Assembly: GCF_009914755.1 (NCBI RefSeq)
Contig: NC_060942.1
Reading direction: 5' to 3' (one strand)
Source: the human T2T-CHM13v2.0 reference genome, Homo sapiens
Length of the DNA: 64,000 nucleotides
Below the pieces are notes generated by a model. It did not search any database. It was not told the DNA's origin and saw nothing but the letters and a program-made list of their open reading frames with translations. The position numbers and the translations under genes were made by a program. Each line of letters starts with the position of its first letter. The stretch's first letter is position 1. Positions 14,101-27,246 of the stretch are shown here, piece by piece.

Positions 14101-14875
14101 TTGAACATTTCTTTTGACTGAGCAGTTTGGAAACACCCTTTCTTTAGAAGCTGCAATTGGACATTTGAAGAGCTTTGTGGCCTATGGTAGAAAAGGAAAT
14201 ACCTTCACATAAAATCTAGGCAGAATCAGTCTGAGAAACATCTTTGTTATGTCTGCATTCATCTCAGAGAGTTAAACCTTTCTTTTGAATGAGCAGTTTT
14301 GAAACTCTCTTTTTGTAGAATCTGCAAGTGGACATTTGAAGTGCTTTGAGGTCTATAGTGGAAAAGGAAATATCTTCACATAAAAACTAGACAGAAGAAT
14401 TCTGAGAAACTTCTTGGGGATGTGTGTGTTCATCTCACAGAGTTGAAACTTTCTTTTGACTGAGCAGTCCGGAAACACTCTTTTTCCAGAATCTGCAAGG
14501 GGACAATTTGGAGTGCTTAGAGCCCTATGGTAGAAAAGGAAACATCTTTACATAATATCTAGACAGAAGTAGTCTGAGATACTTCTTTGTGATGTGTGCA
14601 TTCATCTCACAGAGTTAAACGTTTCTTTTGATAGAGCAGTTTAGAAACTCTCTTTTTGTGGAATCTTCAAGTGGACATTTGGAGCACTTTGAGGCCTACT
14701 GTGGAAAAGGTAATATCTTCAAATAAAAACTAGACAGAGGAATTCTGAAAAACTACGTTGTGATGTGTGCATTCATCTCCCAGAGTTGAATCTTTCTTTT
14801 GATGGATCAGCTTTGAAATAGTCTTTTTTGTAGAATCTGCAATTGGACATCTAAAGAGACTTGATGCCTACGGTG
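11118..14875 (+). repeat. HOR copy 3, 22-mer
   Basis: All copy-2 markers are present in order at an offset of +3760. Confidence 0.95.
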
Positions 14876-17800
14876 GAAAATGAAATACCTTCACATAAAA
14901 ACTAGACAGAAGAAATCTGAGAAACTCCTTTGTGATGTGTGCATTCATCTCAAAGAGTTAAACCTTTCTTTAGATTCAGCAGTTTTGAAACTCTCTTTTT
15001 GTAGAATCTGGAAGTGGACATTTGGAGCGCATTGAGGCCTATGGTGGGAAAGGAAATATCTTCACATAAAAACTAGACAGAAGAATTCTGACAAACTACT
15101 TTGAGGTGCGTGCATTCATCTCACAGAGCTGAACCTTTCTTTTGATTGAGCAGTTTGGAAACACTCTTTTTGTAGAATCTGCTAGTGGACATTTGGTGCA
15201 CTTTGTGGCCTATGGTAGGAAATGAAATATCTTCACATAAAATCTAGACAGAAGCAATCTGAGAAACTTCTTTGTGATGTGTGCATTCATCTCACAGAGT
15301 TAAACTTTTGTTTTGATTGAGAAGTTTTGAAACTCTCTTTTTGTAGAATCTCCAAGTGGATATTTGGAGCACTTTGACACCTATGGTGGAAAAGCAAATA
15401 TCTTCACATAAAAACTAAACAGAAGAATTCTGAGAAAGTTCTTTGAGATGCGTGAGTTCATCTCACGGAGTTGAACCTTTCTTTCGATTGAGCAGCTTGG
15501 AAACACTCTTTTTGTAGAATCTGTGAGTGGACATTTGGTGCGCTTTGTGGCCTATGGTAGAAAATGAAATATCTTCACATAAAATCTAGACAGAAGCAAT
15601 CTGAGAAACATCTTCATGATGTGTGAACTCATCTCACAGAGTTAAACTTTTATTTTGATTGAGAAGTTTTGAAACTCTCTTTTTGTAGAATCTGCAAGTG
15701 GACATTTGGAGCACTTTGAGACCTATGGTGGAAAAGGAAATATCTTTACATAAAAACTAGACAGAAGAATTCTGGGAAACTTCTTTGTGATGTGTGCGTT
15801 CATCTCACAGAGTGGAAACTTTCTTTTGCTTGAGCAGTTTGGAAACACTCTTTTTGTGGAATATACATGTGGACATTTGGAGCACTTTGCGGCCTATGGC
15901 AGAAAGGGAATTATCCTCTCGTAAAATCTAGACAGAAGCAATCTGAGAAACTTCTTTCTGATGTTTGCATTCATCTCAGAGAGTTAAACCTTTCTTTTGA
16001 TTGAGCAGTTTTGAAACTCTCTTTCCATAGAATCTGCAAGCGGACATTTGGAGCGCTTTGAGGCGTATGGTGGAAAAGGAAATATCTCGATGTTAAGACT
16101 AGACAGAAGAATTCTGACAAACTTCTTCGAGATGCGTGTGTTCATCTCACAGAGTTAAACCTTTCTTTTGATTGAGCATTTTCGAAACACTCTTTTTGTA
16201 TCATCCAGAAGGGGACATTTGGAACGCTTTGCAGATTATGATAGAAAAGGAAATAACTTCATATGAAATCTGGACAGAAGCAACCTGAGAAAGTATTTTG
16301 TGATGTGTGCATTCATCTCACAGAGTTAAACCTTTCTTTTGATTGAGCAGTTTTGAAACTCGCATTTTGTAGAATCTGCAAGTGGACATTTGGAATGCTT
16401 TGAAGCCTATGGAGGAAAAGGAAATATCTTCACATAAAAACCAGACAGAAGAATTCTGAGAAACTTCTTTGTGATGTGTGGTTCATCTCACAGAGTTGAA
16501 CTTGGTTTTGATTAAGCAGTTTGGAAACACTCTTTTAGTAGAATCTGCAAGTGGACATTTGGAGCGGTTTGTGGCCGATGGCACCAAAGAAAATATCTTC
16601 ACATAAAATGTAGACAGGAGCAATCTGAGAAACTGCTTTGTGATGTGTACATTCATCTCATAGAGGTAAAGCTTTCTTTTGATTGAGTCGTTTTGAAACT
16701 CTCTTTTTGAAGAATCTGCAAGTGGACATCAAGAGCGCTTGAGGCCTATGGTGGAAAAGAAAATATCTGCATATAAAAACTAGACAGAAGAATTCTGAGA
16801 AACTCCTTTGTGATGTGTGCATTCATCTCGCAGAGTTGAACCTTTATTTTGATAGAGCAGTTTGGAAATACACTTTTTGTAGAATCTGCAAGTTGACATT
16901 TGGAGCACGTTGTGGCCTATGGTAGAAAAGTAAATATCTTCACATAAAATCTAATAGAAGCAATCCGAGAAACGTCTTTTTGATGCGTGCATTCAACTCA
17001 CAGAGTGAGAGCTTTCTTTTGATGGGGCAGTTTGGAATCTCTATTTTTGTAGAATCTGCAAGTGGACATTTTGAGCACTTTGCGGCCTATGGTGGAAAAG
17101 GAAATACCTTCACATAAAAACGAGACAGAAAAATTCTGAGAAACTTCTTCGTGACGCGTGCGTTCATCTCCGAGAATGGAACTTTTCTTTTGGTGGACCA
17201 GGTTGGAAACACCCTTTTTGTAGAATCTGCAAGAGGACATTTGGAGCACTTTGCGGCCTTTGGTAGAAAATGAAATATCTTCACATAAAATCTAGACAGA
17301 AGCAATCTGAGAAACTTCTTTGTGATGTGTACGTTTATCTCCCAGAGTTGAACATTTCTATTCATGGATCAGTTTTGACATCCGCTTTTTGTAGATTCTG
17401 CAAGTGGAGATTTCGAGTGCCTTGAGACCTATGGCGGAAAATGAAATATCTTCATATAAAAAGCAGACAGAAAAATTCTGAGAAACGTCTTTGTGATATG
17501 TGGGTTCATCTCACAGAGTTGAAACTTTCTTTTGATTGAGCAGTTTGGAAACATGATTTTTGTAGAATCTGCAACTGGACATTCAGAGCACTTTGAGGCA
17601 TATGGTGGTTAACGAATTATCTTTACATAATAACTGGACAAAAGCATTCTGAGAAACTTCTTTGTGATGTGTGTGTTCATCTCTGAGTTAAACATTTCTT
17701 TTGATTGAGCAGTTTTGAAACTCTCTTTTTGAAGAATCTTCAAGTGGACATTTGGAGGGCTTCACTGCCTGTGGTAGAGAAGGAACTTTCTTCACATAAA

Positions 17801-18633
17801 ATCTAGACAGCAGCTATCTGAGAAACTTCTTTGTGATGCCTGCATTCATTTCACAGAATTGAACATTTCTTTTGACTGAGCAGTTTGGAAACACCCTTTC
17901 TTTAGAAGCTGCAATTGGACATTTGAAGAGCTTTGTGGCCTATGGTAGAAAAGGAAATACCTTCACATAAAATCTAGGCAGAATCAGTCTGAGAAACATC
18001 TTTGTTATGTCTGCATTCATCTCAGAGAGTTAAACCTTTCTTTTGAATGAGCAGTTTTGAAACTCTCTTTTTGTAGAATCTGCAAGTGGACATTTGAAGT
18101 GCTTTGAGGTCTATAGTGGAAAAGGAAATATCTTCACATAAAAACTAGACAGAAGAATTCTGAGAAACTTCTTGGGGATGTGTGCGTTCATCTCACAGAG
18201 TTGAAACTTTCTTTTGACTGAGCAGTCCGGAAACACTCTTTTTCCAGAATCTGCAAGGGGACAATTTGGAGTGCTTAGAGCCCTATGGTAGAAAAGGAAA
18301 CATCTTTACATAATATCTAGACAGAAGTAGTCTGAGATACTTCTTTGTGATGTGTGCATTCATCTCACAGAGTTAAACGTTTCTTTTGATAGAGCAGTTT
18401 AGAAACTCTCTTTTTGTGGAATCTTCAAGTGGACATTTGGAGCACTTTGAGGCCTACTGTGGAAAAGGTAATATCTTCAAATAAAAACTAGACAGAGGAA
18501 TTCTGAAAAACTACGTTGTGATGTGTGCATTCATCTCCCAGAGTTGAATCTTTCTTTTGATGGATCAGCTTTGAAATAGTCTTTTTTGTAGAATCTGCAA
18601 TTGGACATCTAAAGAGACTTGATGCCTACGGTG
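14876..18633 (+). repeat. HOR copy 4, 22-mer
   Basis: All markers are in order at +3758 from copy 3. Confidence 0.95.
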
Positions 18634-21600
18634 GAAAATGAAATACCTTCACAAAAAAACTAGACAGAAGAAATCTGAGAAACTACTTTTTGATGTGTGC
18701 ATTCATCTCACAGAGTTAAACCTTTCTTTAGATTCAGCAGTTTTGAAACTCTGTTTTTGTAGAATCTGGAAGTGGACATTTGGAGCGCATTGAGGCCTAT
18801 GGTGGAAAAGGAAATATCTTCACATAAAAACTAGACAGAAGAATTCTGACAAACTACTTTGAGGTGCGTGGATTCATCTCACAGAGCTGAACCTTTCTTT
18901 TGATTGAGCAGTTTGGAAACACTCTTTTTGTAGAATCTGCTGGTAGACATTTGGTGCACTTTGTGGCCTATGGCAGAAAAGGAATTATCCTCTCGTAAAA
19001 TCTAGACAGAAGCAATCTGAGAAACTTCTTTCTGATGTTTGCATTCATCTCAGAGAGTTAAAGCTTTCTTTTGATTGAGCAGTTTTGAAACTCTCTTTCC
19101 ATAGAATCTGCAAGCGGACATTTGGAGCGCTTTGAGGCGTATGGTGGTAAAGGAAATATCTCGACGTTAAGACTAGACAGAAGAATTCTGACAAACTTCT
19201 TCGAGATGCGTGTGTTCATCTCACAGAGTTAAACCTTTCTTTTGATTGAGCAGTTTCGAAACACTCTTTTTGTATCATCCAGAAGGGGACATTTGGAACG
19301 CTTTGCAGATTATGGTAGGAAAGGAAGTAATTTCATATGAAATCTGGACAGAAGCAATCTGAGAAAGTATTTTGTGATGTGTGCATTCATCTCACAGAGA
19401 TAAACCTTTCTTTTGATTGAGCAGTTTTGAAACTCGTATTTTGTAGAATCTGCAAGTGGACATTTGGAATGCTTTGAAGCCTATGGAGGAAAAGGAAATA
19501 TCTTCACATAAAAACCAGACAGAAGAATTCTGAGAAACTTCTTTGTGATGTGTGGTTCATCTCACAGAGTTGAACTTGGTTTTGATTAAGCAGTTTGGAA
19601 ACACTCTTTTAGTAGAATCTGCAAGTGGACATTTGGAGCGGTTTGTGGCCGATGGCACAAAAGAAAATATCTTCACATAAAATGTAGACAGGAGCAACCT
19701 GAGAAACTGCTTTGTGATGTGTAAATTCATCTCATAGAGGTAAAGCTTTCTTTTGATTGAGTCGTTTTGAAACTCTCTTTTTGAAGAATCTGCAAGTGGA
19801 CATCAAGAGCGCTTGAGGCCTATGGTGGAAAAGAAAATATCTGCATATAAAAACTAGACAGAAGAATTCTGAGAAACTCCTTTGTGATGTGTGCATTCAT
19901 CTCGCAGAGTTGAACCTTTATTTTGATAGAGCAGTTTGGAAACACACTTTTTGTAGAATCTGCAAGTTGACATTTGGAGCACGTTGTGGCCTATGGTAGA
20001 AAAGTAAATATCTTCACATAAAATCTAATAGAAGCAATCCGAGAAACGTCTTTTTGATGCGTGCATTCAACTCACAGAGTGAGAGCTTTCTTTTGATGGG
20101 GAAGTTTGGAATCTCTATTTTTGTAGAATCTGCAAGTGGACATTTTGAGCACTTTGCGGCCTATGGTGGAAAAGGAAATATCTTCACATAAAAACGAGAC
20201 AGAAAAATTCTGAGAAACTTTTTTGTGACGCGTGCGTTCATCTCCGAGAATGGAACTTTTCTTTTGGTGGACCAGGTTGGAAACACCCTTTTTGTAGAAT
20301 CTGCAAGAGGACATTTGGAGCACTTTGCGGCCTTTGGTAGAAAATGAAATATCTTCACATAAAATCTAGACAGAAGCAATCTGAGAAACTTCTTTGTGAT
20401 GTGTACGTTTATCTCACAGAGTTGAACATTTCTATTCACGGATCAGTTTTGACATACGCTTTTTGTAGAATCTGCAAGTGGAGATTTCGAGTGCCTTGAG
20501 ACCTATGGCGGAAAATGAAATATCTTCATATAAAAAGTAGACAGAAAAATTCTGAGAAACGTCTTTGTGATATGTGGGTTCATCTCACAGAGTTGAAACT
20601 TTCTTTTGATTGAGCAGTTTGGAAACATGATTTTTGCAGAATCTGCAACTGGACATTCGGAGCACTTTGAGGCATATGGTGGTTAACGAATTATCTTTAC
20701 ATAATAACTGGACAAAAGCATTCTGAGAAACTTCTTTGTGATGTGTGTGTTCATCTCTCAGAGTTAAACATTTCTTTTGATTGAGCAGTTTTGAAACTCT
20801 CTTTTTGAAGAATCTTCAAGTGGACATTTGGAGGGCTTCACTGCCTGTGGTAGAAAAGGAACTTTCTTCACATAAAATCTAGACAGCAGCTATCTGAGAA
20901 ACTTCTTTGTGATGCCTGCATTCATTTCACAGAATTGAACATTTCTTTTGACTGAGCAGTTTGGAAACAGCCTTTCTTTAGAAGCTGCAATTGGACATTT
21001 GAAGAGCTTTGTGGCCTATGGTAGAAAAGGAAATACCTTCACATAAAATCTAGGCAGAATCAGTCTGAGAAACATCTTTGTTATGTCTGCATTCATCTCA
21101 GAGAGTTAAACCTTTCTTTTGAATGAGCAGTTTTGAAACTCTCTTTTTGTAGAATCTGCAAGTGGACATTTGAAGTGCTTTGAGGCCTATAGTGGAAAAG
21201 GAAATATCTTCACATAAAAAGTAGACAGAAGAATGCTGAGAAACTTCTTGGTGATGTGTGCGTTCATCTCACAGAGTTGAAACTTTCTTTTGACTGAGCA
21301 GTTCGGAAACACTCTTTTTCCAGAATCTGCAAGAGGACAATTTGGAGTGCTTAGTGCCCTATGGTAGAAAAGGAAACATCTTTACATAATATCTAGACAG
21401 AAGTAGTCTGAGATACTTCTTTGTGATGTGTGCATTCATCTCACAGAGTTAAACGTTTCTTTTGATAGAGCAGTTTAGAAACTCTCTTTTTGTGGAATCT
21501 GCAAGTGGACATTTGGAGCGCTTTGAGGCCTACTGTGGAAAAGGTAATATCTTCAAATAAAAACTAGACAGAGAAATTCTGAAAAACTACGTTGTGATGT

Positions 21601-21709
21601 GTGCATTCATCTCCCAGAGTTGAATCTTTCTTTTGATGGATCAGCTTTGAAATAGTCTTTTTTGTAGAATCTGCAATTGGACATCTAAAGAGACTTGATG
21701 CCTACGGTG
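18634..21709 (+). repeat. HOR copy 5, 18-mer variant (M1, M2/6 hybrid, M7-22)
   Basis: The M2 body (TTGGTGCACTTTGTGGCC) runs directly into the M6/M7 junction CAGAAAAGGAATTATCCTCTCG at ~18974. Length is 3076 bp = 18 monomers. Confidence 0.93.
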
Positions 21710-24700
21710 GAAAATGAAATACCTTCACATAAAAACTAGACAGAAGAAATCTGAGAAACTTCTTTGTGATGTGTGCATTCATCTCACAGAGTTAAACCTT
21801 TCTTTAGATTCAGCAGTTTTGAAACTCTCTTTTTGTAGAATCTGGAAGTGGACATTTGGAGCGCATTGAGGCCTATGGTGGGAAAGGAAATATCTTCACA
21901 TAAAAACTAGGCAGAAGAATTCTGACAAACTACTTTGAGGTGCGTGCATTCATCTCACAGAGCTGAACCTTTCTTTTGATTGAGCAGTTTGGAAACACTC
22001 TTTTTGTAGAATCTGCTAGTGGACATTTGGTACACTTTGTGGCCTATGGTAGAAAATGAAATATCTTCACATAAAATCTAGACAGAAGCAATCTGAGAAA
22101 CTTCTTTGTGATGTGTGCATTCATCTCACAGAGTTAAACTTTTGTTTTGATTGAGAAGTTTTGAAACTCTCTTTTTGTAGAATCTCCAAGTGGATATTTG
22201 GAGCACTTTGACACCTATGGTGGAAAAGCAAATATCTTCACATAAAAACTAAACAGAAGAATTCTGAGAAACTTCTTTGAGATGCGTGAGTTCATCTCAC
22301 GGAGTTGAACCTTTCTTTCGATTGAGCAGCTTGGAAACACTCTTTTTGTAGAATCTGTGAGTGGACATTTTGTGCGCTTTGTGGCCTATGGTAGAAAATG
22401 AAATATCTTCACATAAAATCTAGACAGAAGCAATCTGAGAAACTTCTTCATGATGTGTGAACTCATCTCACAGAGTTAAACTTTTATTTTGATTGAGAAG
22501 TTTTGAAACTCTCTTTTTGTAGAATCTGCAAGTGGACATTTGGAGCACTTTGAGACTTATGTTGGAAAAGGAAATATCTTTACATGAAAACTAGACAGAA
22601 GAATTCTGAGAAACTTCTTTGTGATGTGTGCGTTCATCTCACAGAGTGGAAACTTTCTTTTGCTTGAGCAGTTTGGAAACACTCTTTTTGTGGAATATAC
22701 ATGTGGACATTTGGAGCACTTTGCGGCCTATGGCAGAAAAGGAATTATCCTCTCGTAAAATCTAGACAGAAGCAATCTGAGAAACTTCTTTCTGATGTTT
22801 GCATTCATCTCAGAGAGTTAAACCTTCCTTTTGATTGAGCAGTTTTGAAACTCTCTTTCCGTAGAATCTGCAAGCGGACATTTGGAGCGCTTTGAGGCGT
22901 ATGGTGGAAAAGGAAATATCTTGACGTTAAGACTAGACAGAAGAATTCTGACAAACTTCTTCGAGATGCGTGTGTTCATCTCACAGTGTTAAACCTTTCT
23001 TTTGATTGAGCAGTTTCGAAACACTCTTTTTGTATCATCCAGAAGGGGACATTTGGAACGCTTTGCAGATTATGGTAGGAAAGGAAATAACTTCATATGA
23101 AATCTGGACAGAAGCAATCTGAGAAACTATTTTGTGATGTGTGCATTCATCTCACAGAGTTAAACCTTTCTTTTGATTGAGCAGTTTTGAAACTCGCATT
23201 TTGTAGAATCTGCAAGTGGACATTTGGAATGCTTTGAAGCCTATGGAGGAAAAGGAAATATCTTCACATAAAAACCAGACAGAAGAATTCTGAGAAACTT
23301 CTTTGTGATGTGTGGTTCATCTCACAGAGTTGAACTTGGTTTTGATTAAGCAGTTTGGAAACACTCTTTTAGTAGAATCTGCAAGTGGACATTTGGAGCG
23401 GTTAGTGGCCGATGGCACCAAAGAAAATATCTTCACATAAAATGTAGACAGGAGCAATCTGAGAAACTGCTTTGTGATGTGTAAATTCATCTCATAGAGG
23501 TAAAGCTTTCTTTTGATTGAGTCGTTTTGAAACTCTTTTTGAAGAATCTGCAAGTGGACATCACGAGCGCTTGAGGCCTATGGTGGAAAAGAAAATATCT
23601 GCATATTAAAACTAGACCGAAGAATTCTGAGAAACTCCTTTGTGATGTGTGCATTCATCTCGCAGAGTTGAACCTTTATTTTGATAGAGCAGTTTGGAAA
23701 CACACTTTTTGTAGAATCTGCAAGTTGACATTTGGAGCACGTTGTGGCCTATGGTAGAAAAGTAAATATCTTCACATAAAATCTAATAGAAGCAATCCGA
23801 GAAACATCTTTTTGATGCGTGCATTCAACTCACAGAGTGAGAGCTTTCTTTTGATGGGGCAGTTTGGAATCTCTATTTTTGTAGAATCTGCAAGTGGACA
23901 TTTTGAGCACTTTGCGGCCTATGGTGGAAAAGGAAATATCTTCACATAAAAACGAGACAGAAAAATTCTGAGAAACTTTTTTGTGACGCGTGCGTTCATC
24001 TCCGAGAATGGAACTTTTCTTTTGGTGGACCAGGTTGGAAACACCCTTTTTGTAGAATCTGCAAGAGGACATTTGGAGCACTTTGCGGCCTTTGGTAGAA
24101 AATGAAATATCTTCACATAAAATCTAGACAGAAGCAATCTGAGAAACTTCTTTGTGATGTGTACGTTTATCTCCCAGAGTTGAATATTTCTATTCATGGA
24201 TCAGTTTTGACATACGCTTTTTGTAGAATCTGCAAGTGGAGATTTCGAGTGCCTTGAGACCTATGGCGGAAAATGAAATATCTTCATATAAAAAGTAGAC
24301 AGAAAAATTCTGAGAAACGTCTTTGTGATATGTGGGTTCATCTCACAGAGTTGAAACTTTCTTTTGATTGAGCAGTTTGGAAACATGATTTTTGCAGAAT
24401 CTGCAACTGGACATTCGGAGCACTTTGAGGCATAAGGTGGTTATCGAATTATCTTTACATAATAACTGGACAAAAGCATTCTGAGAAACTTCTTTGTGAT
24501 GTGTGTGTTCATCTCTCAGAGTTAAACATTTCTTTTGATTGAGCAGTTTTGAAACTCTCTTTTTGAAGAATCTTCAAGTGGACATTTGGAGGGCTTCACT
24601 GCCTGTGGTAGAAAAGGAACTTTCTTCACATAAAATCTAGACAGCAGCTATCTGAGAAACTTCTTTGTGATGCCTGCATTCTTTTCACAGAATTGAACAT

Positions 24701-25467
24701 TTCTTTTGACTGAGCAGTTTGGAAACACCCTTTCTTTAGAAGCTGCAATTGGACATTTGAAGAGCTTTGTGGCCTATGGTAGAAAAGGAAATACCTTCAC
24801 ATAAAATCTAGGCAGAATCAGTCTGAGAAACATCTTTGTTATGTCTGCATTCATCTCAGAGAGTTAAACCTTTCTTTTGAATGAGCAGTTTTGAAACTCT
24901 CTTTTTGTAGAATCTGCAAGTGGACATTTGAAGTGCTTTGAGACCTATAGTGGAAAAGGAAATATCTTCACATAAAAAGTAGACAGAAGAATGCTGAGAA
25001 ACTTCTTGGTGATGTGTGCGTTCATCTCACAGAGTTGAAACTTTCTTTTGACTGAGCAGTTCGGAAACACTCTTTTTCCAGAATCTGCAAGGGGACAATT
25101 TGGAGTGCTTAGTGCCCTATGGTAGAAAAGGAAACATCTTTACATAATATCTAGACAGAAGTAGTCTGAGATACTTCTTTGTGATGTGTGCATTCATCTC
25201 ACAGAGTTAAACGTTTCTTTTGATAGAGCAGTTTAGAAACTCTCTTTTTGTGGAATCTGCAAGTGGACATTTGGAGCGCTTTGAGGCCTACTGTGGAAAA
25301 GGTAATATCTTCAAATAAAAACTAGACAGAGAAATTCTGAAAAACTACGTTGTGATGTGTGCATTCATCTCCCAGAGTTGAATCTTTCTTTTGATGGATC
25401 AGCTTTGAAATAGTCTTTTTTGTAGAATCTGCAATTGGACATCTAAAGAGACTTGATGCCTACGGTG
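21710..25467 (+). repeat. HOR copy 6, 22-mer
   Basis: All markers are in order; length 3758 bp. Confidence 0.95.
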
Positions 25468-27246
25468 GAAAATGAAATACCTTCACATAAAAACTAGACA
25501 GAAGAAATCTTCACATAAAATCTAGACAGAAGCAATCTGAGAAACTTCTTTGTGATGTGTGCATTCATCTCACAGAGTTAAACTTTTGTTTTGATTGAGA
25601 AGTTTTGAAACTCTCTTTTTGTAGAATCTCCAAGTGGATATCTGGAGCACTTTGACACCTATGGTGGAAAAGCAAATATCTTCACGTAAAAACTAAACAG
25701 AAGAATTCTGAGAAACTTCTTTGAGATGCGCGAGTTCATCTCACGGAGTTGAACCTTTCTTTCGATTTAGCAGCTTGGAAACACTCTTTTTGTAGAATCT
25801 GTGAGTGGACATTTGGTGTGCTTTGTGGCCTATGGTAGTAAATGAAATATCTTCACATAAATTCTAGACAGAAGCAATCTGAGAAACTTCTTTGTGATGT
25901 GTACGTTTATCTCCCAGAGTTGAACATTTCTATTCATGGATCAGTTTTGACATACGCTTTTTGTAGAATCTGCAAGTGGAGATTTCGAGTGCCTTGAGAC
26001 CTATGGCGGAAAATGAAATATCTTCATATAAAAAGTAGACAGAAAAATTCTGAGAAACGTCTTTGTGATATGTGGGTTCATCTCACAGAGTTGAAACTTT
26101 CTTTTGATTGAGCAGTTTGGAAACATGATTTTTGTAGAATCTGCAACTGGACATTCGGAGCACTTTGAGGCATATGGTGGTTAACGAATTATCTTTACAT
26201 AATAACTGGACAAAAGCATTCTGAGAAACTTCTTTGTGATGTGTGTGTTCATCTCTCAGAGTTAAACATTTCTTTTGATTGAACAGTTTTGAAACTCTCT
26301 TTTTGAAGTATCTTCAAGTGGACATTTGGAGGGCTTCACTGCCTGTGGTAGAGAAGGAACTTTCTTCACATAAAATCTAGACAGCAGCTATCTGAGAAAC
26401 TTCTTTGTGATGCCTGCATTCATTTCACAGAATTGAACATTTCTTTTGACTGAGCAGTTTGGAAACACCCTTTCTTTAGAAGCTGCAATTGGACATTTGA
26501 AGAGCTTTGTGGCCTATGGTAGAAAAGGAAATACCTTCACATAAAATCTAGGCAGAATCAGTCTGAGAAACATCTTTGTTATGTCTGCATTCATCTCAGA
26601 GAGTTAAACCTTTCTTTTGAATGAGCAGTTTTGAAACTCTCTTTTTGTAGAATCTGCAAGTGGACATTCGAAGTGCTTTGAGGCCTATAGTGGAAAAGGA
26701 AATATCTTCACATAAAAACTAGACAGAAGAATGCTGAGAAACTTCTTGGTGATGTGTGCGTTCATCTCACAGAGTTGAAACTTTCTTTTGACTGAGCAGT
26801 CCGGAAACACTCTTTTTCCAGAATCTGTAAGGGGACAATTTGGAGTGCTTAGTGCCCTATGGTAGAAAAGGAAACATCTTTACATAATATCTAGACAGAA
26901 GTAGTCTGAGATACTTCTTTGTGATGTGTGCATTCATCTCACACAGTTAAACGTTTCTTTTGATAGAGCAGTTTAGAAACTCTCTTTTTGTGGAATCTGC
27001 AAGTGGACATTTGGAGCGCTTTGAGGCCTACTGTGGAAAAGGTAATATCTTCAAATAAAAACTAGACAGAGAAATTCTGAAAAACTACGTTGTGATGTGT
27101 GCATTCATCTCCCAGAGTTGAATCTTTCTTTTGATGGATCAGCTTTGAGATAGTCTTTTTTGTAGAATCTGCAATTGGACGTCTAAAGAGACTTGATGCC
27201 TACGGTGGAAAATGAAATACCTTCACATAAAAACTAGACAGAAGAA
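25468..27246 (+). repeat. HOR copy 7, truncated variant (M1 stub, M3, M4, M15-22)
   Basis: Junction GAAGAAATCT|TCACATAAAATC at 25510/25511. M4 is followed by the M15 marker GTACGTTTATCTCCC at 25901. Confidence 0.92.

Larger units (their letters stand above)
3937..27246 (+). repeat. 22-monomer (3.76-kb) higher-order repeat mini-array, 7 copies, CENP-B-box-free
   Basis: Private markers recur with fixed period: ACGCGT at 5876, 9636, 13396, 17154, 20228, 23986; GGACRTCTAAAGAGACTTGATG at ~7327, 11087, 14845, 18603, 21679, 25437, 27177. Units start at 3937, 7358, 11118, 14876, 18634, 21710, 25468 (lengths 3421, 3760, 3758, 3758, 3076, 3758, 1740). The repeated 92-aa pseudo-ORFs have the same period. 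Confidence 0.97.

Noticed and set aside
5809-24197. Six near-identical 92-141-aa ORFs (MNRNVQLWEIN...) as a tandem gene family
   Set aside because: They simply mark monomers M13-M15 of each HOR copy and are no more conserved than the surrounding DNA.
25481-25540. Apparent 28-bp tandem duplication
   Set aside because: Better explained as a 314-bp deletion joining the starts of M1 and M3; reported as such in the findings.
3937-27246. The HOR as the active kinetochore array, or assignment to a named chromosome or HOR
   Set aside because: It spans only ~23 kb, has no CENP-B boxes and is embedded in an old layer. A specific name cannot be supported without a database search.
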